From NCBI GenBank assembly GCA_965113315.1, contig OZ220379.1: a stretch of 64,000 bases of DNA. One strand, 5' to 3'. The notes under the pieces were generated by a model, which saw only the letters and a program-made list of their open reading frames with translations, did not search any database and had not been told where the DNA came from. Source of the DNA: Podarcis vaucheri (Eukaryota). Both the position numbers and the translations under genes were made by a program. Within the stretch, counting starts at the first letter, position 1. Every line of letters begins with the position of its first letter. Shown one piece after another: positions 1-9,500 of this stretch.

Positions 1-169
1 CGTCTAAGCGTGCGTGGGTCACGTTTTGGCGCTTCTGCGCATGACGTCATTTTGAGCGTCTGCGCAAGCAGCGAAACCCGGAAGCATTGCGCTCCGTTAC
101 TTCCGGGTTGCCGCAGAGTGCAACTTGGACGCGCTCATCCCAAAGCACATTCAGCCCGAGGTATGACTG
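1..169. mobile_element. Right end of a Tc1/pogo-type non-autonomous DNA transposon (runs off window)
   Basis: Ends in GAGGTATGACTG followed by TA, similar to the TIR of the adjacent MITE family. Confidence 0.6.
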
Positions 170-171
170 TA

Positions 172-404
172 CAGTGGTATCTCAAGGTTACATACACTTC
201 GGGTTACAGACTCCGCTAACCCAGAAATAGTACCTCAGGTTAAGAACTTTGCTTCAGGATGAGAACAGAAATCGTGCTCCGGCGGCGCGGCAGCAGCAGC
301 AGCAGGAGGCCCCATTAGCTTAAGTGGTGCTTCAGGTTAAGAACAGTTTCAGGTTAAGTACGGACCTCCAGAACAAATTAAGGTCTTAACCTGAGGTATC
401 ACTG
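172..404. mobile_element. Tc1/pogo (Tigger-like) MITE, family A
   Basis: TIR CAGTGGTATCTC / GAGGTATCACTG, TA TSD; similar copies at 17928 and 34556. Confidence 0.85.
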
Positions 405-412
405 TATAGATA

Positions 413-583
413 AAATAAAAAAATTCCTTCCAGTAGCACCTTAAAGACCAACTAAGTTAGTTCTTGGTATGAGCTTTCGTGTGCATGCACACTTCTTCAG
501 AACTAACTTAGTTGGTCTTTAAGGTGCTACTGGAAGGAATTTTTTTATTTTGACTATGGCAGACCAACACGGCTACCTATCTG
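413..583. mobile_element. Penelope-like element terminal fragment, inverted repeat
   Basis: ~52-bp inverted arms (412-464 / 499-551); 14-bp TSD TCACTGTATAGATA at 399-412 and 584-597; hammerhead core in the loop. Confidence 0.75.
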
Positions 584-885
584 TCACTGTATAGATAGAT
601 AGTTTTCCATTTAATAATATACAATCACATCATTATTATCCACTTTACCTCCCTGGCTCCTTACAGCCCATCGACTTCCTTCCCTGGAGACTGTGGTCCA
701 ACAGCAGCTGGAGACCCAAGTTTGCGTAACCCTGAAGACACGATACACGAGGTCGGCTTTCTAAGCATTCAAATACTGTAATGGGAACTACGGAGACATG
801 ACTCCGGTGACGTCATCGCCAGGCGACTTTTCCCCCCCAGCCCCAGCCCCAGCTACTTCTCCTCCGCGCAGACGGGCTGACTCAC

Positions 886-973
886 CCGTACTGAATGGCC
901 GGCTTACTCCGGGAGCGAGGAAACTGCGGCCCAACAAGCCCCGCGAGGCTGACAAGAGCAGCGCCGCCGCCAT
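886..973 (-). CDS. MRPL51: Mitochondrial ribosomal protein L51, coding exon 1 (rest of gene lies left of the window)
   Basis: MAAALLLSASRGLLGRSFLAPGVSRPFSTG is an Arg/Ser/Leu-rich presequence resembling the MRPL51 N-terminus (ends RSFSLG in human); GTGAGT donor after 886; head-to-head with NCAPD2 as in other amniotes. Confidence 0.8.
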
Positions 974-1010
974 CGAGATCCCGAGTTCCTAAACCGCTTC
1001 CCTCACGAGT

Positions 1011-1101
1011 CAACTTCCGCCATCTTGGGACCTTCCCAGAATGCATCGCTTCCTCACAACTTCCGGTCAAGGATTTTCTTTTCTTTTTTTAACGGGAAGT
1101 G
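1011..1101 (-). promoter_or_regulatory. MRPL51 core promoter: ETS/GABP, YY1 and ZNF143 motifs
   Basis: ACTTCCG at ~1013 and ~1059, GGAAGT at ~1096, CGCCATCTT (YY1) at 1018-1026, TTCCCAGAATGCATCGC (Staf/ZNF143-like) at 1033-1049; CpG-rich. Confidence 0.6.
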
Positions 1102-2150
1102 AATGAAATTACCATAGAGCTAGAAAGAGGGGGGAAATTCAAGACAATCTGGAATGCTTGGTTAGGGCTGAATAAAAGGGGCTAAAAAAAAACAAAGAAA
1201 GAAACTTTAAATAAATTAATTGGGGGGGTGAGCTGCTTAAAGAAATCAGTGAAGAAATTCGGGATTTTATCATGACTTCGAATGGATTACAGCATCTCCC
1301 TACCTAGAAGGAAAAGGTAGCAGAGAAAATCAGAGCTCACCCTTTTTTCAAACGTGCGGCATATTTTGCGTGCTTAATTGCTTGTTGCTTACAAACATTC
1401 ATTGAAATGTTATGATAATTCAACTGCGATCGGGGAGGGGCGTTTTAACTGACACTGTGGATATAGAAGGTTAAAAGGTGGGCTGGTAGTGAGACTATTT
1501 GGGACTCTTACGAACCAAAAACCCTCCAGGTACCCGTAACTGTCCCGTCCTTAATTTGCAATCCATCAGATCCAGAGCTTAGTTCTATGCAGAAACATTG
1601 AGCTTTACTGATTTGCATGGAGCCGTATTATACTTTTAAGATGTTTTAAAAACTCTCTTTTAAAAAATCCATGAGCTCTTGTTTAGCTTATTTTTAAAAA
1701 AATGTATTTCATTGATTTTAAATGGCAAATAGCAATACAGTGCAGAAAAAACTTAATAAATAATTGTCGAAATGGAATGCAGAGCCTTAACAAAAAGAAG
1801 AAAGAAAATATTGACGAAAGAGTTGTGGTGACTTATATTCCAATGAAAGCTGTCAAATAAAAGTTTCGTTCCATAATGTTTCCATGCGGTGATGGTGGAC
1901 GGAAAGAAACCATGTTCAGTCGATTTTGCAGAGTCTAAGTTGTCAACTGTCAACTTTTCCCTTTTCTTGCGAGGAATCCTATTCGGAATAAAGGAATTTC
2001 CCTTTTTAAAAAGGGAAACGTTGACATCTACGTGTACAGAAAGTATTGGGGGTCCATATAGGAACGATGCCCGTATTTGCGAGATCCAGGTTCGAAAAGG
2101 TTTGCTCCCCAGAGATTTCCCGTATTTTGCTGCCACTAATTTAGCCAGTT

Positions 2151-2505
2151 ACAGATAGGTAGCCGTGTTGGTCTGCCATAGTCAAAATAAAAAATTCCTT
2201 CCAGTAGCACCTTAAAGACCAACTAAGTTAGTTCTTGGTATGAGCTTTTGTGTGCATGCACACTTCTTCAGATACACTGAAACAGAAGTTGCCAGAGTCG
2301 TCAACAGGCTCATCTCAGCTATCTGCCAATCTCCCATTCCCACCACCCTTCTGAGTAATACCCCTCCCCACCTTCTCACTATATAGAATGGTCTGGCAAC
2401 TTCTGTTTCAGTGTATCTGAAGAAGTGTGCATGCACACGAAAGCTCATACCAAGAACTAACTTAGTTGGTCTTTAAGGTGCTACTGGAAGGAATTTTTTA
2501 TTTTG
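2151..2505. mobile_element. Penelope-like element, inverted pseudo-LTR pair with hammerhead motifs
   Basis: ~115-bp inverted arms (~2181-2296 / ~2392-2507); TSD ACTAATTTAGC(C/T)AGTT at 2135-2150 and 2506-2521; same sequence family at 413, 15405 and 60385. Confidence 0.8.
2413..2450 (+). ncRNA. Minimal type-I hammerhead ribozyme motif (Penelope-associated)
   Basis: GTAT-CTGAAGA-A-GTGTG(CATG)CACAC-GAAA-GC-TC-ATAC: helix I, conserved core, helix II, palindromic helix III (AGCT), CUC cleavage triplet. Confidence 0.75.
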
Positions 2506-2637
2506 ACTAATTTAGCTAGTTGACTATAAGTGCGGAATGACACCTTTATAGGTTACATACCTCGATTCTGTGGGGCAAAGTAGGATCAACAAGGCCGGTT
2601 TCGTTCCTCATTTGAACGTAATCTGATTAATTGTGTC

Positions 2638-2783
2638 CAGTGCTTTTTTCCCCCTTTTAAAATGTTTAGAGCTGCTCTCATTTTCCTACTGATATTGAAA
2701 TATACTGCCCCTCAATGAGGCCAAACTTAGATTCACAAAATGTTTAGGGGTACGCGTCCCCCCCCCCGAGAAAAAAAGCACTG
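2638..2783. mobile_element. hAT MITE
   Basis: TIR CAGTGCTTTTTT / AAAAAAGCACTG; perfect 8-bp TSD ATTGTGTC; partial second copy at ~3981-4040. Confidence 0.85.
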
Positions 2784-2949
2784 ATTGTGTCACTTAATAA
2801 GGGAACCGGAGGAACGACTATATTTCAGTAGTCCTAAAAAGAAAAGACAACTCTCCTCCGCTGAAGAAACTAACGCCAAAGGCAACCAAAAAGTTCCGTC
2901 TCGGAAGTATCGGGTACTTTCACATCTCTATACTTTTTGCTAAGCTCTA

Positions 2950-3244
2950 ATTGGAATTTTGGGCCGTTAGAGAACCTCGCCCTCTGCACGTGATTGGGGC
3001 GGCCGGGATCAGCGTCGTGATTGGGCGAGCGGGCGGCGTTCGAAGTGGCGGCGCGCATTTCGTCTTCTCCGTCTCTTATTGGGCGGCGGGTGTGTGTGTG
3101 CGCGCGCGCGCTGGGGTGCTTGGTTCGGTGCTTCCCGCGCTTTCCCCCCCATTCGCTGAGGCGCCGCCGGCGGGCCGGTCGTGTTCCGAGGTCTGCTCTG
3201 CGGGTCTCTCTCCTCCTGTGAGGGGATTCTTTTCCGGAGCGGCC
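2950..3244 (+). promoter_or_regulatory. NCAPD2 CpG-island promoter/5' region with CCAAT boxes and a CHR-like element
   Basis: ATTGG at 2950, 2993, 3020, 3078; TTCGAA at 3039-3044 preceded by a GC-rich element; high CpG density. Confidence 0.6.
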
Positions 3245-3389
3245 ATGGCCGACGCTCCTCCGCCCGCGGCCCCCTCGTGGGAGTTCAGCCTGCCCTTGTC
3301 GCCCGGCGACCTGCTCCGCGGCGCGGGGCCCTCGCAGTACGTGGTGCAGGAGGTGCTGCCCCCGAAGCAGCTCCCGGGGCAGCTGGCAG
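3245..3389 (+). CDS. NCAPD2: NCAPD2 coding exon 1
   Basis: GCCATGG Kozak; [13 protein letters not shown]...QYVVQEVL; donor GTGGGT. Confidence 0.9.
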
Positions 3390-3501
3390 GTGGGTCGGAG
3401 GCGGGCTCGGGGCATGCCTACTCGGGAGTAAGGCTCCTTCCCCGCCTCCATCTGAGCCGGGCTTACTCCCGAGTAACCGTAGCAGCTTGAGAGGCGGTGA
3501 G

Positions 3502-3537
<36 letters not shown>

Positions 3538-6500
3538 AGGTCTGTTCCCAGATACAGCAGGCGGGCTGCACGAGAATCACAGAAATGTGAGTGTGATTAG
3601 AGTGTAATTAGAATAGGAAAACGTACAAAATGCAATGATATAAAGGTTAATTTTGAAAGCCATGAGGCCGGAAGGAAGTTGATAGGCTCTAAAGAGCCAG
3701 GACGGTAAAGTGGACATCGAGGATGTGAATGTATATAACTAAATGGAAAATAAAAAAAATTTATATATATATATGCTTTCGTAGATTTTCACGGGTACAG
3801 GAATGCAGGTTTTGGTGTCTTCGGGTGTCTTCCCGTGTAAGAGTCGGGGTGTCTGTGCGACGTTTCGACGAGGTCTCACTCGTCATCTTCAGGCTGGTGC
3901 TTTCGGCTTCTTGTTACTGGAACACAATTTTATAGTTCAAATCGGGAAAAATAAATACAGTAAATGAACAGAAGTACAAAGATTCACAAAATGTTTAGGG
4001 GTATGCGTACTTATGCATCACCCCCAGAAAAAAAGCACTGATTACCTGACTGCGACCCCCTTGTCACATATAAAACAGCCTTGGAAAAAGCCACTAAAAT
4101 TATTTGCTAGTCACATAAAAGACAGCATAGATTGTGCAGGGGATTCATTAATCTGATTTATTGTAAATGGTTGCTTGTTTCTGGATCTTAATGGGTTTTA
4201 TTGGGTTTGGTGCTTTTGTAACTGGATTTGTAATGCCTTTTAGTCAAATACAATAAATGACTGATTGATTAAAGAGAGAGAGAGAATCACAGAATTGTAG
4301 ACCAGTGTTTCCCAACCAGTGTTCCGTGGCACACTAGTGTGCCGCGAGATGTTGCCTGGTGTGCCGCAGGAAAAATTTAAAAAATTGAAAGATTTTTTTT
4401 AAAAGTCAAATTTTCGATTGGGGCGCATCACTAGATGACCCCTGGGGTTCCCTCCCGCTCTGCGCCTCCCTCCTCCTCCTCCGGGGAGGCCCTTCCTGGC
4501 TCTCGGCCAAGGCTTGGCGGCTGCCACTCACTCACTCGCTCGCCCACCCGTCCCTGCACCCGGCCTCTCCCCCTCCGTCCCCGGCGCGGGGGCTGCCGGG
4601 ATCCGTAGTCCCCTCGCCCTTGGGCTCCGCGCCCACGCAGGGTGCGCAAACTACGTTTCCCAGCGTGGCCTGGCGGGCCGGGCGTTTTGTTTGAAGTGCT
4701 CTTCTCCCGGCCATGGAATGAGCGCAGCGGCGGCCGGGCGGGCGGGCAGGGGCTCTTCCGCGCAGACCCCGCGCAGCCTGCCTGCGCCCCCGCGGAGATT
4801 GGGCGGCAGGATGGAGCCCGGGGATCCCCGCGGAGGCGGAGCGGTGGAGGCGGAGGCTGCCCCCCAGGTAGGGCTGCGTAGGGGGGGGGTTATTTTTGCA
4901 GTGCTGCATCCGCGCCGGAGGGGACACATCGGACCGCGGGGAGACCCCTTGGCGGGTGTGCAAGGCAATGCAGGCGTGCAGGCGTTGCATGGAGTGCAGG
5001 GCAATGCAATGGCAACGCGGCGCCCTGCATGCATGCATGCAACTTCCACCGGCGCTCCGGACTTGGCAGGTGAGGGGGGTCCCCAGTGGGCGGCAGAGAG
5101 AGCCGGGAGGGCAAAGGGGAGACAGGGGGAGCAGCGCTGCTCCCCGAGCCAAGCCCGGGGGGAAACTTCGGCGTCGTTGCGCCGGGTGTTGGAAGCGGAG
5201 GCTGGCGAGGGCCCCTCACCTGCAAAACCTGGTCGCCTCTCATATATTTCGTGCATTGCATTCATCGCCCGCTTTCTCCTCCAAGGAGCTCCTGGGGGCG
5301 CGCGTGGTTCTCCCCGTGTTATCCTCGCAACAACAGCCCTGCGAGGTGGGTCAGGCGAGTGGCCCAAGGGAGCACCCAGGGATTGTCCTGGCCAGGTGGG
5401 GTGATTTGAACCCTGCTCTCTGCCCGGTCTTCGTCCTCATTTAGCCCCCACATGTGCATGACTGTGCATGACTGAGGTTTTCCCCCCTCGTCTTGGCTAT
5501 GGTGTGAGTCTGTGCTGTTAATTAATGGGGTTCTGCCTTCGGAGAAGATGAGCCAGTCCTCAAGGAGGTGATTATGTAATTTGCTAGCAATTCATGTCCC
5601 TCCCGGCGTGATGCTGCGCGCTGACGTCACGGGGCTGTAATGGTGGTGTGCCTCGAGATTTTTTTCATGAAACAAGTGTGCCTTTGCCCAAAAAAGGTTG
5701 GGAAACACTGTTGTAGACAACCCCGACCAGACAAGAATGGGAAACTAAGTTGATGGACTGTGCTGAAATGGTAAAATTAACTGGGAAGCTCAGAAACCAA
5801 GAAGACAATTTTTGTCTGCCTCCCCACCCCCATGCAGAGGATTTCCTATGAGAAGTGCCAATACTACCACCACTAAATCAATAGGACACACATACACACC
5901 ATCCACTGTTCTGTAAAAACACCTTAATCCTGATTTTATTTTATTCTTTAGTAGATTTACAAAAAGAAAAACACCAATAAATAAATTAGAAGGGGGCAAT
6001 ATTAGACGTGGATGCGCAAAGCATTTTTTAAAAACAAAAAAACAAGACTCCTTGCGCTCCGCTCCCCTTTTATTCTTGCCCCTCAGAGTTGGCACATCAC
6101 ATAGGCCGGGGCCTTGGTAGTGGCAGCCTCTCCTCACCTGCTCTCCAGCAGCCGCTGTGAGCTGCCTAGGGGAGGAAACTCAGCGGCAGCCATGGAGAGG
6201 CAACAGGATGCTCCCTCGCAGCCACCGCTCTGGACAAGGGTTGGCTCATCATCCACTCTGAGCTCAGTGGCAGCAGCTGACATCCATCTGTCTTGGGAGA
6301 CAGTGGAGGAGTTTGCCTTTGGGGGTGAGGTCAAGCTATTGGAAAGTTGCAGCGTCTGCAGTGGCTGTGGAGACCAATATGGGAAAGACATGCTTTGTGG
6401 CAGGTGAAGGCATCCAGTTATTTTGCTGCAGATGCACCATGGTGTTTCTTATCACTGTGCTGCAGCACTGGCAGGGGAAATAGGGACATTCCAGGATCAA

Positions 6501-9500
6501 ATCAAGCTGCGATGGCCGTCCCTGGAAAATTGGGACACATGACGGGTATGCTTTTGTGGCTAATAGCTGTTAATAGATCTTTCTTACGTGAATGAGTCCA
6601 ATCCCTTTTTAAAGCTATCAGAGTTAGAGCTGAACCAGCTTTGCTCCGTTGTTTACTTTCAACATTATTCTGACGCTGAACAGCATTAAGGGCAGTATTT
6701 GGAAGTATACTGATTTAAGTCACAATGAGTCATAGCCTAGTCAGCTATATAAAATTTGGCTCTCACGTGTGGTCTCTCTCTCTCTCTCTCTCTGCAGCAT
6801 TTCAGACAGTTTTCCGCACACAAGGAGCTCTTGCTATCCTGCAGCATTTCGATACCGTGTACAGTATCCTACAGTGAGTTTGCATGCTCAGAAGCACTAT
6901 TGCTATTATTTGAAAGAGTTCAGCCTTTTGGGGTTGAGAGTCCCTGGGGCCCTTTCCTTAATGGTAATGCAACTCCTCAGTATACCAAGGAACAAAGTGG
7001 ACTGCACAGCATAGGAGAGGGCTGTCAAGAGTGATCATGTCAATGGCCCTACAAGTCTCACCATTGCATCATAAGACTAGTGCCTCAGTAGGATCACCTG
7101 CTCTATCCGCTGGGGAGGAAACCTAGAGCAGTTAGGAATAAGATACCTTCCGTCTGCAGGGGTGGGCTATCCTAACTAGTCCCCCACCCTTGCAGGGGAG
7201 AATTGTCACTGTAAATCCAAACCTCACCTGTAAGTGGACTGCCCATCGCAACAAGGTGATAACCGCTCCACCTATTTTCAGGCTGCCACCCTCCCCAAAG
7301 TGCACGGATTAAATGGAAGGTGTGCTCTGCTCTGTGCTTTGGACCAATGACCATTTGAGAAAGACCATTGGAGGCTGTGAACTCCCAAGCTGGGTCCTAA
7401 GTGAAGTCATCCAAAACCCCTGTTCCTGGGTTTCTCCAGCATCACACCTGAGACGACCTCAGTCAGGGAAGCTGTAAAGCAGTAGTGTGGGTGGTACACC
7501 AATAGCATTCCTAAAATGTCTCTGACCCAACAGCAGATCCAGGCCTTGCATTACATAATGTACTTTGAAAGTATGTCTTAGGAGCTGGGGTCACTGAATG
7601 CAGTTCTGAACTGAACCTGGCTCTTGCTTTTCCCTTCTTTGAACTTAACATCTTTGCCCTGCAGCCACTTCAGAACTGTTGATGCTGCTCTTAAAGAAGA
7701 TGCCCTAGAACTGATGATGAAAGGTGAGTGAGGCCCCTTGAGGCCATGGAAAGTGTGACTTCTTTTTTGGCAGCTTTATGATGCTATCAAGGCAAATGTG
7801 ACCCCATTGGCAGGCTGCTCCCTCAGCCCATTCCCCTAATAGAGGTCTGTAATCTTGGTGGTCAGTGCAAAGCTATGTGTTTCCGCTGTAAGGGCAGACC
7901 TACAGGATATCCCATTCCTTCTGGCTTCCTCTCTAGAGGAGGCATCCATCTCTTGCAAAGTGTTGCAAGGAGTGGTCAGGGGCATGGACACAAGACAAGC
8001 CTAGCGTGCCTGGGTTATGGGTTGCTGGGTGTTGCCAGAGTTATGGCTTTTGAGGCAACATGATCACAAGTCTTTGGTAATCTGAAAGCTGAAGTGGGTT
8101 TGTATTTAAGGCAAAACATGTGCCAAGAGCATGCCTGGTGATCCGTCTTCCCACTTCTCTCTACAGTTGTTGCCAGTCACTCCAGTGCCCTGACAGCCAT
8201 CATGAACAATGTTGACCTAGCACCTTCACTTCGTGCTCTTCACCATAATGCTCTCAAGATGAACTGCTACCTACTAGCACGGCTGGTGGAGGCTTTTGAA
8301 ATAGAGTGTGGCAAAAGCAACCTGGTGGGGCTGGATTCCAAGAAGAAGGTAGAAGGCTGAATCTGAAAACTTGCTGGGCTTAAGATGACCCTTTAGCGTC
8401 TCCACCTCCGTCGTTCTGCCCGGACACTGAGGTCCAGCGCCAAGGGCCTTCTGGTGGTTCCCTCGCTGCGAGAAGCCAAATTACAGGGAACCAGGCAGAG
8501 GGCCTTCTTCGTAGTGGCGCCCGCCCTGTGGAACACCCTCCCACCAGATGTTAAAGAGAAAAATAACTACCAGACTTTTAGAAGACATCTGAAGGCAGCC
8601 CTGTTTAGGAAGCTTTTAATGTTTAATAGGTTATTGTATTTTAGTGTTTTGTTGGAAGCCGCCCAGAGTGGCTGGGGAAACCTAGCCAGATGGACGGGGT
8701 ATAAATAATAAATTATTATTATTATTATTACTATTACTATGATGATGATGATGATGTTGATGAAGACAGTTGCCCCAAAGTCAAATTAAAATCAAGTCTT
8801 TCAAGTTGTATGATAAAAATAATTGATACATAAAATGTAAGCTGAGAACTTAAATAGGGACACAGCTTTCCACTGCAAGCTCCACCCACTACCACCTTCA
8901 TGTGTTGTGTGGAACATCTGAAGGGCGAAAGACACACACATTCAGCTGCCCAATGTGCATTGATCTTGGGAGTGCAGTTTGAACATGTGGAACCTAATTC
9001 GTGAAGGGGTGCTGTGTGTGCTCATTTTTATCTTCCACTCACCTGAAGTTGATGCCTTGCATTTACGTTAACAGGGTAAGAAGAGCCAGGCTAAAGGCTT
9101 TCTCTGGGAGGAGGAAAGGCAACACGTCGTGCAGCTGCTCACGCAGTTACTTCAGCTGGACCTTCATCGCCTGTGGAACAGTTTTGTAGTGGAGGAAGAG
9201 TTTATCAGGTGTGAATGTTGGAAGGGTTGAACAGGAAGCTGTTTCTGGGCAAGGTCTCTGAAAGCATGCTTTCTTACATTGTGGAAGAGTGGCAAGGATC
9301 AGTCTGTTTGCGAGGAGGAAGGATTGATTAGGGCAACAAGGTAAACTTGAACTAAGGAAAAAAAATTCAGGGATTTGTCATCGGTAATATGTGTGCCTTC
9401 AAGGCTTACAGTGTTGTGAGTATCTGATATCCCTCCCATTTCTCTGTTCTCCCCAATATAATCCATATCTTTTCTGACTTTCCCTCCAGTTTAGTGACTG

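Noticed and set aside
2870-3600. Long antisense and alternative-frame ORFs over NCAPD2 exon 1
   Set aside because: CpG-island and TG-microsatellite artefacts; only 3245-3389 matches NCAPD2
4431-5444. Several long overlapping ORFs (up to 296 aa) on both strands
   Set aside because: They lie inside a GC-rich non-autonomous hAT element, where stops are rare by composition; no transposase or other recognisable motif
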